Made by a program: the position numbers and the translations under genes
The notes under the pieces: generated by a model
The model's database searches: none
The model's input: the letters and a program-made list of their open reading frames with translations, nothing else
What the model was told of the DNA's origin: nothing
In this document: positions 18,407-27,157 of the stretch, one piece after another
How the letters are laid out: each line of letters begins with the position of its first letter
Position numbering within the stretch: the first letter of the stretch is position 1
Assembly: GCA_029548485.1 (NCBI GenBank)
Contig: JAKPNH010000009.1
Location: 1 to 37,496 of the forward strand
Reading direction: 5' to 3'
Origin: a bacterium
GTDB taxonomy: Bacteria; Patescibacteriota; Minisyncoccia; UBA6257; Colwellbacteraceae
DNA length: 37,496 nucleotides

Positions 18407-19550
18407 ATTGAGAATCGCCTTTGCCGGAGGAGGAACCGGCGGACACATTTATCCGCTCGTGGCCGTGGCCACGGAAACGCAGATCCTCGCCGCGAACAAG
18501 CACCTGGAAATCGAGATGCGCTATTTCGGGTCTCCGAAACAATACCGGACGATCCTTGAGGAAAACGGCGTTTCCGTAAACTCGATCATGGAAAGCAAGA
18601 TCAGGCGGTATTTCGACTTAAGGAACCTGATCGACATCCCGAAATTCGGGCTGAGCCTGCTCCAGGCGATTTGGAAGCTTTATTGGTTCATGCCGGACGT
18701 CCTTTTCTCGAAAGGCGGACCCGGAGCCATGGCCGTCATCCTCGCCGCCGCTTTTTACAGAATCCCGATCTTCATCCACGAATCAGACAGCCGGCCGAGC
18801 CTGACCACTCTTTCTTCGACGAGATTCGCAGAAAAAATATTCGTCGCCTTCAAGGAATCGATCCCGTATTTTTCTCCGGCCGATTCCGAGAAAATCGTTT
18901 TTTCCGGCAATCCCTTGAGAAGGCAGCTTTTTATGAATCTGATGTCGCCGGACTCGACGCAGATCTTCCTCGGATTCGACAAGAACCTGCCGCTTGTAGT
19001 CGTCATGGGCGGATCGCAGGGCTCGACGAGGATCAACGACTTCGTTCTTTTGTCTTTGCCGCAGCTTGTCAAAAAATACCAGGTGCTCCACCAGACGGGC
19101 GAGGGGAATTATAACGACTACGAAACCGAAGTGGCGCCGATCTTGGGAAGCCTCTCCTACGAAGAACAGCAGCGCTACCGGTTCACTCCGTTTTTCAAGT
19201 CCGAAATGAAAGACGTCATGACCGCCGCCGACCTCATCGTTTCGAGGTCGGGCAGCGCCCTTTTCGAGATAGCCACTTTCGGCAAGCCGTCTTTGCTCAT
19301 TCCTCTTCCAGAAGCGGCCGCTGACCATCAAACGGAAAACGCCAAAGTCTACGCCTCGGCCGGCGCCTGCGACGTCATGGAAGAAAAGGATTTTTCGGTC
19401 GAAACGTTCGTCTCCAAAATCGAAAATATCCTAGAAAATCCGGGTCTCCGCGAGAAAATGGCGGCCCAGGCCAGGGCTTTCGGAAAACGGGACGCGGCTT
19501 TGATTATCGGCCAGGAAATAGTAAGATTAGCGGGCAATGATCAGGGTTAG
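18399..19550 (+). CDS. murG: MurG N-acetylglucosaminyltransferase
   Basis: GGGTGGHIYP, HESD, GNPLR, GGSQGS and HQTENA. Confidence 0.95.
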   Translation: MRKLRIAFAGGGTGGHIYPLVAVATETQILAANKHLEIEMRYFGSPKQYRTILEENGVSVNSIMESKIRRYFDLRNLIDIPKFGLSLLQAIWKLYWFMPDVLFSKGGPGAMAVILAAAFYRIPIFIHESDSRPSLTTLSSTRFAEKIFVAFKESIPYFSPADSEKIVFSGNPLRRQLFMNLMSPDSTQIFLGFDKNLPLVVVMGGSQGSTRINDFVLLSLPQLVKKYQVLHQTGEGNYNDYETEVAPILGSLSYEEQQRYRFTPFFKSEMKDVMTAADLIVSRSGSALFEIATFGKPSLLIPLPEAAADHQTENAKVYASAGACDVMEEKDFSVETFVSKIENILENPGLREKMAAQARAFGKRDAALIIGQEIVRLAGNDQG

Positions 19551-20928
19551 GATGGCCCCGAGCCCAACGGGGTATTTCCACATCGGCAGCGTCCGAACCA
19601 CCCTTTACAACTGGCTTTTCGCCAAAAAAAACAAAGGTGTTTTTGTCTTGCGCATAGAAGACACCGACAAGGAAAGGAATCGTAAGGAATTCGAGGAGGA
19701 TATCCTGAAAAATCTCGATATTCTCGATTTGAAACCGGACGAAATGTACCGGCAATCCGAACGGACTGATTTTTACACCAATCACCTGAAAAAACTGATC
19801 GAGGAAGACAAGGCTTATTATTGCTTTTGTACCAAAGAGGAATTGGAAAAGGAGAGAAAGGTGATGGAAGAAAAAGGCATGGCGCCGAAATACGGTGGCA
19901 AATGCGCTTCGATCGACAAGAAGGAAGCGGAAAAGAGAGTGGAGTCCGGAGAAGCTTACGTCATCCGGCTGCGGGTTCCGGAAGGAAAGATCGCTTTCAA
20001 GGACATGATCAGGGGAGAGGTGGAATTCGACGCCGGCTTGATGGGAGACGTGATCATCGCGAGGAATTTAGAAGAACCGCTCTACAATTTCAGCGTCGTC
20101 ATCGACGACATCCTCATGAAGATTTCCCACGTCATCAGGGGAGAGGAGCATTTGCCGAACACGCCGAAGCAATTGGTCATCTATAACGCCTTGAACGCCA
20201 ACCCTCCGCTTTTCGCCCATTTGCCGCTTCTTTTGAACAAAGACCGGAGCAAGATGTCTAAGCGCTACGGCGACGTGGCGGTCAAGGATTATCTCGAACG
20301 CGGCTATCTGCCGGAGGCTTTAATAAACTTCGTCGCCCTGCTCGGATGGCATCCGCAGGGAAACCAGGAAATCTTTTCCCGCGAAGAGCTGATAAACGAA
20401 TTCGACATCGAGAGGGTGCAGAAAGCCGGAGCCGTGTTCGACATCGAGAAATTGAACTGGATCAACCGTCAGTATATTGTCAATCTTCCGGAACAGGCCC
20501 TGACCGAGAAGATCAAGGAGCACATTCCGGAAGAATGGAAAATAAATCCGGCCATGGTCCGGGCGATCAAGCCGCGCTTGGACAAAATCGGAGACGCCAA
20601 AGAGCTTTTGGTGGTTTATTTCGAATTGCCCGAATACGAAAAAGAGCTTCTTTTCTGGAAAGGAGAAGACCGGAATACCAAAAGCATTCTTGAGAAATTG
20701 GCTGCGGGAATCAACGATATCGAAGACGGTAAATTCGATTTGGAAAACGTAACCGAGAAGATAACGGCTCTGGTGCCGGACGACAAAAAGGGGGATTATC
20801 TTTGGCCGCTTCGCGTCAGCCTTTCCGGCTCCAAAACCAGCCCCACGCCGTTCGAGCTTCTGGCCGGACTCGGGAAAGAGGAATCTTTGAGAAGAATCAG
20901 GATCGCCATCGGAAAATTGAACGAATAA
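19537..20928 (+). CDS. gltX: Glutamate--tRNA ligase
   Basis: RMAPSPTG, HIGS (HIGH), LRIEDTD, HVIRGEEH and KMSKR. Confidence 0.96.
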   Translation: MIRVRMAPSPTGYFHIGSVRTTLYNWLFAKKNKGVFVLRIEDTDKERNRKEFEEDILKNLDILDLKPDEMYRQSERTDFYTNHLKKLIEEDKAYYCFCTKEELEKERKVMEEKGMAPKYGGKCASIDKKEAEKRVESGEAYVIRLRVPEGKIAFKDMIRGEVEFDAGLMGDVIIARNLEEPLYNFSVVIDDILMKISHVIRGEEHLPNTPKQLVIYNALNANPPLFAHLPLLLNKDRSKMSKRYGDVAVKDYLERGYLPEALINFVALLGWHPQGNQEIFSREELINEFDIERVQKAGAVFDIEKLNWINRQYIVNLPEQALTEKIKEHIPEEWKINPAMVRAIKPRLDKIGDAKELLVVYFELPEYEKELLFWKGEDRNTKSILEKLAAGINDIEDGKFDLENVTEKITALVPDDKKGDYLWPLRVSLSGSKTSPTPFELLAGLGKEESLRRIRIAIGKLNE

Positions 20929-20935
20929 TCGACTC

Positions 20936-22168
20936 ATGAAACATTTCAAGACAATTCTCGCGTTATTCGTATTGATTTCTTGCTTCGGTTATTCCGTAAA
21001 CGCCAAAACGTCTTCCGAGCTCCAAACGGAGATCGATTCCAAGACCAAAGAGCTTCAAGACGTCCAGAAAGAAATCAGCGACGCTCAGGCCCAAATGGCC
21101 GTTATTTCCAAGCAAAGTCAAAGCTTGGACAAGGAGTTGAAAACCACGGAAAACACCTTGAACCAGCTGAATCTAAGCATCAAATCGAGCACCTTGAATA
21201 TCCAGAAGCTCAATTTGGAAATCGAAGGCTTGAACAGCCGGATCGGCGGAATCGGCGTCGATATCGAAGCCAAGAAAAAGGCGATCGGACTCATTCTCGC
21301 CGAGATCCAAAAAAACGACAACGAAGGAGTCTTACAGACTTTCTTGAAATCCATGAGCCTCGCTGACAGCCTGCTCGAGATGCAAAGCCTGACGAATCTG
21401 CAGGAGAATCTTTCGGTGGAAATCTCCTCTTTGGACAAACTGTCGACCGATCTCGAAAACAACGTCAGGCAAACGGCCGAGAAAAAGCGTTCCATCCAGG
21501 CGGAAAACGTGAACTTGGTCAATAAGAAGGCCATCATCGAAGACGAAAAGAAATACCAAAAAGAACTCCTCGCCCAATCGAAAAACCAGGAGAAAATATA
21601 CCAGGAGAACCTCGACAAACTCATGGAGAAACGCGATGAGATCCTGTCCGAAAGGGAAAAGATCGAACAAGAACTCAAAGCCAAGCTGGATCCGTCGGCC
21701 GTACCCGCTTCGCAGTCCGGCGTTCTGGCCAAACCTTGTCTCGGGCCGATCGTCCAGCAATACGGACGCACCGCTTTCGCCTTGAAGGCTTATTCGAACC
21801 AATTCCACAACGGACTCGATTTCGATTTGAACGTCGGCGATCCGATATTCTCGGCCGAAGACGGAAAAGTGGTCGCCGTCGGAAACTTGGACCTTTACTG
21901 CCCCAAGCAATCATACGGCCGCTTCATCGTCATCACCCACAACAACAACCTGACCACGCTTTACGGACACTTGTCTCGCATTATCGTCAATTCCGGTGAT
22001 ATAGTGGAAAGAGGGCAGCTTATCGGGTACGCTGGGAATACCGGGTATTCGACCGGACCGCATTTGCATTTTACCGTGTACGCTTCGAGCAGCTTCTACA
22101 TGGGGTCGAGCAAATCTTGCGGCGTTTCTCCTTACGGCGCCAATCTCAACCCGAACGATTATCTTTGA
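20936..22168 (+). CDS. M23 family peptidase with long coiled coil (EnvC-like architecture)
   Basis: Signal peptide, coiled coil, then HNGLD, YGHL and STGPHLHF with Zn ligands intact. Confidence 0.9.
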   Translation: MKHFKTILALFVLISCFGYSVNAKTSSELQTEIDSKTKELQDVQKEISDAQAQMAVISKQSQSLDKELKTTENTLNQLNLSIKSSTLNIQKLNLEIEGLNSRIGGIGVDIEAKKKAIGLILAEIQKNDNEGVLQTFLKSMSLADSLLEMQSLTNLQENLSVEISSLDKLSTDLENNVRQTAEKKRSIQAENVNLVNKKAIIEDEKKYQKELLAQSKNQEKIYQENLDKLMEKRDEILSEREKIEQELKAKLDPSAVPASQSGVLAKPCLGPIVQQYGRTAFALKAYSNQFHNGLDFDLNVGDPIFSAEDGKVVAVGNLDLYCPKQSYGRFIVITHNNNLTTLYGHLSRIIVNSGDIVERGQLIGYAGNTGYSTGPHLHFTVYASSSFYMGSSKSCGVSPYGANLNPNDYL

Positions 22169-22311
22169 TGGAATACTTCGAACAAGTCTGGAATCTCATA
22201 AAGTCCGCCGGGCCGCTATTCGTCTCGCTCGCGCAAGTGATCGGCAAGGTGCTGGTGCTCACTTTGGATTTTATAACCAAGATCATCCGCGACGGATTGA
22301 GCCGGCTTTAA
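22168..22311 (+). CDS. Small 47-aa amphipathic protein
   Basis: TGATG overlap with the M23 gene. Sequence MEYFEQVWNLIKSAGPLF...DGLSRL. Confidence 0.55.
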   Translation: MEYFEQVWNLIKSAGPLFVSLAQVIGKVLVLTLDFITKIIRDGLSRL

Positions 22312-22353
22312 GCTGGATCTGCGTCTCGGCGGGAATTTTGTTGTTTATCGGCG

Positions 22354-22374
22354 CGGCTCGAAAGAGCCGTTTTT
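22354..22374 (+). terminator. Intrinsic terminator
   Basis: CGGCTC-gaaa-GAGCCG followed by TTTTT. Confidence 0.65.
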
Positions 22375-22423
22375 GTTTGCCGACGATATCCCTTGCAGCA
22401 ATAGTGTATAATTTATTTATCCA

Positions 22424-24088
22424 ATGATATTCAATAACGGAGCTCTTGTTTTTTACGCTGCCGCTATTTTTATTGCCGCTTTCGCGTCGCTCTCTTCTCT
22501 TATTCCCGACAAACTAGGAAAGCGGATCAGAATCGATTCCTGGTGGAAAAAAGCGGGAATCTTGTTTGCGATATTCTTGCTCTTGCTCTTTTTTTCCAAT
22601 ATCTTGGGGCAGAAAACCGGATTTTATCCGATTGACGAGGAGTGGGAAGAGGTTTATTTCGCGAAACAATTGATTAGCCCCGCCGGAGACGACATCATCG
22701 GCCATATGCGCCACGGGTTCTTCTTTCCGGCGGCGCTCACCTTCGGAAACGTTGTTTTCGGAAGAATAAACGGTCCGGCGGCCATGAACGCTTTTTTCCT
22801 CATATCGGCCGTTGCCCTTACGGGAATACTCGGCGCCAAATTATCCGGTAAAACATGGCCGGGCATCGTCGCTTCGCTGCTTTTGGTTTTAAATCCGGCC
22901 TGGCTTTACGGCACGGCGATATTTTCCGGATACCCGTCCATCATGTCTTTCAGCCTTGCCGGATTCGCACTATTCTCGGTTTTGTCCGTAAAAAAGAAAA
23001 AGCTTATCGATTATCTCGGAATGATCGCTTTCGCCGGAATGGCCTTCGCGGCCAAAATAGAATACGGCGTTCTCTTTGCCGTCGTCGGGGTCGCGATTTT
23101 AATGGGATTCGAAAGAAAAGAATGGAAAAAGTCCTTGTTGGTCGCGACCATGGCTTTGATTTTCGCTCTTATTCCGGCGGCAAGCATCGCAAACACGAAA
23201 GAAGGCGATCAGTTTTGCGGCTCCGAAGCTCAAGTCGGGCTGGTGAGCGAAAAAATAGAGAAAGCGATTGACTCTTCGATCGTCGTGCCTTTCGAGCGGA
23301 TGGTGAAAGCGATAGGAGGTTGGAGATTCTCAATTGCTTACACTCTGGACGATATTCCGCGGGTCATCGATTATTGGACGCGAAAAGAGCTTCTTCCGCT
23401 TTCTCTGATCGCTGTTTTGGGAATAGTTTTCGGCATCTTTAAGAAAGATAAAGGGATCCTTATCGCTACTTTCGCTTTCTTAGCGACAATGCTTGTTTAC
23501 ATGACTGACTGCGCCAATTACGTGCAACGTTTTGCCATTCCCAATATCACGATTGCCGCGGCGATCGCGGGAACAGCCATCCGCAACATTCCCGCGGAAA
23601 TCATGATTAAAAGAAAAAGGAATAAAAGAACAAAAGCGAATGAATTCGATCTCGGGAGCGTGGCCGCGATTATCGTCGGAATAACGCTTCTTTTCTATAT
23701 TCCGGAATTTATCGGCCAACTAAGATATCCGAGATTTGGGAAAATAACATCGCAAGATATGTCGCGGATTTTATCCGATATTCCGGATACGGCAAATATT
23801 GTGATGATAAGTCAACATAACGAAATGATGCAGCTCATGTCACTTGAAAACAGGAATATCAAGTTTGTTTCTTTGAACGATACGTTCGATAGAATCGATA
23901 AGTCCGACGGATCAAGCATCTGTTCTCCGGAAATGAATCTCTGCGGAGAGAACTCGTATTTCATATACACCGAAACCTGCGATATCTTCGAACAAACCAA
24001 GAAAATTTGCGATACCGTCAGCGGTTTCGGCGAAAAAATATTTTCTTTCGATACAATAGGAGTCTCTGTATACAGGTTTAAAGATTAA
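22424..24088 (+). CDS. Polytopic membrane protein, probable GT-C (PMT/ArnT-like) glycosyltransferase
   Basis: Many TM helices, a DE acidic pair in the first external loop (PIDEEW), a late RF motif and a soluble C-terminal domain. Confidence 0.65.
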   Translation: MIFNNGALVFYAAAIFIAAFASLSSLIPDKLGKRIRIDSWWKKAGILFAIFLLLLFFSNILGQKTGFYPIDEEWEEVYFAKQLISPAGDDIIGHMRHGFFFPAALTFGNVVFGRINGPAAMNAFFLISAVALTGILGAKLSGKTWPGIVASLLLVLNPAWLYGTAIFSGYPSIMSFSLAGFALFSVLSVKKKKLIDYLGMIAFAGMAFAAKIEYGVLFAVVGVAILMGFERKEWKKSLLVATMALIFALIPAASIANTKEGDQFCGSEAQVGLVSEKIEKAIDSSIVVPFERMVKAIGGWRFSIAYTLDDIPRVIDYWTRKELLPLSLIAVLGIVFGIFKKDKGILIATFAFLATMLVYMTDCANYVQRFAIPNITIAAAIAGTAIRNIPAEIMIKRKRNKRTKANEFDLGSVAAIIVGITLLFYIPEFIGQLRYPRFGKITSQDMSRILSDIPDTANIVMISQHNEMMQLMSLENRNIKFVSLNDTFDRIDKSDGSSICSPEMNLCGENSYFIYTETCDIFEQTKKICDTVSGFGEKIFSFDTIGVSVYRFKD

Positions 24089-24089
24089 A

Positions 24090-25532
24090 ATGAAAATTTG
24101 GGTTATCAATCCGCCGTTTAAAGAGAAAACGACGAGGGAAGGAAGATGCGCGCAAAAAAAGAGTATATGGTCTTCTCTGTGGCCTCTAATGAGCCTGGCT
24201 TATATCGCCGCGGTTCTCCGTAAAGACGGGCACGAAGTCAGAGCTTTCGATTGCGTCGCTTCGGAAATCGACAAGGATGCTTTTTTCCGCAAAGCCGAAT
24301 CAAACGGAGCGCCGCGACTGGCCGTTATCAATACCTCGACACCGACCATAGAAAGCGATCTGGAGTTTGTGAGAGATTTAAAGAAAGAATTCCCGCAGAC
24401 GACCACGGTAGTTTTCGGAACCCATCCTTCGGTCTTAACAAACGAATGCCTTGATTCAGGCGCGGATATCGCCGTGATAGGGGAGCCGGAAAACTCGATA
24501 AGGATCATCAGCCGTTCGATGGAGAACGGATCGGAGGAAGGCCTTGATCAAGCGAACTTCGCGAGAAAAAATCCGGACGGCAGCATCTCAGTTTTTTCTG
24601 GAAACGCGTTTTCCGATCATCTCGACGAAATGCCTTTTCCGGCTTGGGATCTTTTTGATCTTTCTAAGTACTTGATGCCCGGGAAAGATTTGGCGCCGAA
24701 GAAGTTCCTGACGGTGACGCCTTCCCGCGGCTGTCCTCACAGCTGTTCTTTCTGCAACGCCGGGTCTTATTACGGAAAAAAGCCGAGGTTCCGCGATCCC
24801 GATTATGTAGTCGACGAAATCGAAAGGAATATCCGCGAGTTCGGAATAAAGGACTTTTTGATCTGGACCGAATCTTTCACCATGGATCCGGAATTCGCGG
24901 AAAAAATATGCGACGAAATCATAAAAAGGGGATTGAAGACGAATTGGGTTTGCAACAGCCGAACCGACGCCGCTTCTTTTCCTCTTTTTAAAAAAATGAA
25001 AGAAGCCGGCTGCTGGATGATCAGCTTCGGCGTGGAGTCCGGAGATCAAAGCATACTCGATGGAGCTCATAAGGGCGCTTCGGTCGCCGACGCGGAAGAA
25101 GCGATCAGCCTCGCCAAAAAAGCGGGTTTATTGACCGTCAGCCACGTGATTGTCGGCTTGCCCGGGGAAACGAAAGAATCGGTCGAAAGAACTTGGGGAC
25201 TGTTGAGCCGCGCCAAACCGGATTTCGCGCAATTCTACTGCGCCGTCCCTTTTCCCGGATCGAAGCTTTATGAAGATGCTATCCGGAACAATTGGATAAA
25301 GCAGGGGGGTGCATTTGCCGATTTCGAGCAGATGCGATCGGTGATGGATCTGCCGACCATGAAGGCGGAAGAAACAATGAAGCTGAAAAATCGGTTATAC
25401 TTAAGATATTATTTGAATATCCCGCGAGCGTTCCAACTGATAAGGCGGGCAAGCGTGAAGGGGATAATTTCCGCCGGGAAAAGTGTGGCCGTGCTTATTT
25501 TTTCCGAAATCAAAGGACAATTCAAACCATGA
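24090..25532 (+). CDS. B12-binding domain radical SAM protein
   Basis: N-terminal cobalamin-binding-like domain (PLMSLAYIAA, GTHPS, GEPE), SRGCPHSCSFC (CxxxCxxC), GVESG and PFPGS. Confidence 0.92.
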   Translation: MKIWVINPPFKEKTTREGRCAQKKSIWSSLWPLMSLAYIAAVLRKDGHEVRAFDCVASEIDKDAFFRKAESNGAPRLAVINTSTPTIESDLEFVRDLKKEFPQTTTVVFGTHPSVLTNECLDSGADIAVIGEPENSIRIISRSMENGSEEGLDQANFARKNPDGSISVFSGNAFSDHLDEMPFPAWDLFDLSKYLMPGKDLAPKKFLTVTPSRGCPHSCSFCNAGSYYGKKPRFRDPDYVVDEIERNIREFGIKDFLIWTESFTMDPEFAEKICDEIIKRGLKTNWVCNSRTDAASFPLFKKMKEAGCWMISFGVESGDQSILDGAHKGASVADAEEAISLAKKAGLLTVSHVIVGLPGETKESVERTWGLLSRAKPDFAQFYCAVPFPGSKLYEDAIRNNWIKQGGAFADFEQMRSVMDLPTMKAEETMKLKNRLYLRYYLNIPRAFQLIRRASVKGIISAGKSVAVLIFSEIKGQFKP

Positions 25533-26215
25533 TCACCGTCATCATACCCGTATTTAACGAAAAAGAGACTATCGAGAACTGTTTGCGGACAGTCACGGCG
25601 GCGCCCTACGAGAAACAAATCATCGTCGTAGACGACGCCTCGATCGATGGCACCTCGGAAGAACTCGACCGTCTGAAGCGAGAATTCGGATTCACGCTCA
25701 TTATCCACGATAAAAATAAAGGAAAGGGAGCGGCCATTAAGAGCGCTCAATCGGCCGTGGCCGGAGAAGCGGTCATTATCCAAGACGGCGACCTCGAATA
25801 CGATCCGAACGATTACCCCGCGGTTTTGGAGCCGATCTTGAAAGGAGAAGAGAAAATCGTTTACGGATCGCGCAACCTGAAAGACAATGCACGGTCTTCG
25901 CTAGCGTTCTATCTCGGCGGAAAACTGGTTACGGCGGTTGGGAATATAATTTACGGTACGAGACTCACCGACATAAACACTTGTTATAAGGGTTTCGAAG
26001 CGGAATTATTCAAATCAATCCCTCTCGACGAGCCGAGATTCGAATTCTGCGAAGAAATTACGGCCAAAGCGTCGATCAAAGGAGCGCGCATCCTCGAAGT
26101 GCCGATCAATTATCGGCCGAGAACAATGGAACAAGGGAAAAAGATCAGGCCGATCGACGGATTACGGGCGATCATAGCGCTTATAAAATACAGATTCTGG
26201 ACTCCGGATGAATAA
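25529..26215 (+). CDS. GT2 glycosyltransferase (polyprenol-phosphate glycosyltransferase-like)
   Basis: IIPVFNE, VDDASIDGT, NKGKG, QDGDLEY, GSR and TDINTCYK. ATGA overlap with the radical SAM gene. Confidence 0.9.
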   Translation: MITVIIPVFNEKETIENCLRTVTAAPYEKQIIVVDDASIDGTSEELDRLKREFGFTLIIHDKNKGKGAAIKSAQSAVAGEAVIIQDGDLEYDPNDYPAVLEPILKGEEKIVYGSRNLKDNARSSLAFYLGGKLVTAVGNIIYGTRLTDINTCYKGFEAELFKSIPLDEPRFEFCEEITAKASIKGARILEVPINYRPRTMEQGKKIRPIDGLRAIIALIKYRFWTPDE

Positions 26216-26283
26216 ATAATCCCCGGGAATTTTATAAACATGCTATAATAATAAAAATATGATGAATCGTTCAAATTAAAAAA

Positions 26284-26811
26284 ATGAAAACAAAAAAAGT
26301 TTATACGTTCGTCATCATTTCGGCCATGGTTATAGTGGTGATCGCGGTAGTATTCGTCTATAACCTAAAAAACGAACAAGGGTTATTTTTTCAGCCGGAA
26401 AGCCAGAACCAAATGGGGCCAAACGAAACTAACGAAGAAGACAACCTTCCTCCGAAGAACTCCGTCGAATTCCAAGGCAAAACTTTGATGGCCGATATAA
26501 ACTTCCCGATCGGTGTCATCGACGGGATAATCGAAGACGCTTCCGATATTTCCGGACAGACGCTTGTGCTTAGAGTCGACGTTTTCAAGATATATCCCGA
26601 GACACCTCTCAATTCCAAACTTGTAAAAATATCCTTCGAAGACGCGGAGATATTCTTTGCGGACAGCGGACGAAACGCGACGCCCGACAATATGAATAAC
26701 ATCAAAACCGGCATGGCCATAAGCGTCGGCCTGGCCGACGGAGAAACCAATCGGGATATTTTATTCAAAGACGAATTCAAAGCGATTAAAATCACCTTCT
26801 TCACCAAATAA
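26284..26811 (+). CDS. Hypothetical membrane-anchored protein
   Basis: N-terminal TM helix and a beta-rich external domain, with its own TATAAT and a downstream terminator. Confidence 0.7.
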   Translation: MKTKKVYTFVIISAMVIVVIAVVFVYNLKNEQGLFFQPESQNQMGPNETNEEDNLPPKNSVEFQGKTLMADINFPIGVIDGIIEDASDISGQTLVLRVDVFKIYPETPLNSKLVKISFEDAEIFFADSGRNATPDNMNNIKTGMAISVGLADGETNRDILFKDEFKAIKITFFTK

Positions 26812-26839
26812 GAGGGGATGGGGTTTTCTGGAGGCTTTC

Positions 26840-26865
26840 AAGCTCCCGGAACACCGGGAGCTTTT
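26840..26865 (+). terminator. Intrinsic terminator
   Basis: AAGCTCCCGG-aaca-CCGGGAGCTT followed by TT. Confidence 0.75.
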
Positions 26866-26876
26866 GATAGAACAAA

Positions 26877-26905
26877 TTGCTTAGCTTGCGGGACGATTGT
26901 ATACT
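26877..26905 (+). promoter_or_regulatory. Sigma70-type promoter
   Basis: TTGCTT, 17 bp, TATACT. Confidence 0.55.
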
Positions 26906-26914
26906 AATGGATAA

Positions 26915-27086
26915 GTCGGTTTTAAAATCACATAAAGATTTTCCGGTCGGCTGCTGCTACGGGGAAGTGCGGGTCAGACTTATGGTTTGAGGTCTATGAT
27001 ATGTCGCATAATATACCTTTTACGACATAACTCATTCTGAAAACACCCGGTCGGCTTCTCCCCCTAATGTTCGTCTTTAAAACCAC
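26915..27086 (+). ncRNA. Candidate structured RNA (6S-like long hairpin)
   Basis: Starts just after the promoter. Nested complementarity: GGTTTTAAA/TTTAAAACC, GGGGAAGT/GCTTCTCC, GGGT/ACCC, TGAG/CTCA and TATGTCG/CGACATA. Confidence 0.35.
27001..27028. other. dif-like tyrosine recombinase site
   Basis: ATGTCGCATAA-TATACC-TTTTACGACAT: 11-6-11 layout with near-inverted arms. The left arm shares CGCATAA with the E. coli dif XerC arm. Confidence 0.45.
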
Positions 27087-27157
27087 CCTTTGATTTATAC
27101 AACCAATATCCTTTATTCCAGTCGCTAACCCTGCCTCATAACCTCTTCCAAGCTTTC

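Noticed and set aside
26907-26990. 27-aa ORF MDKSVLKSHKDFPVGCCYGEVRVRLMV
   Set aside because: The ATG lies only 1 nt after the -10 box, upstream of the expected transcription start, and has no SD.
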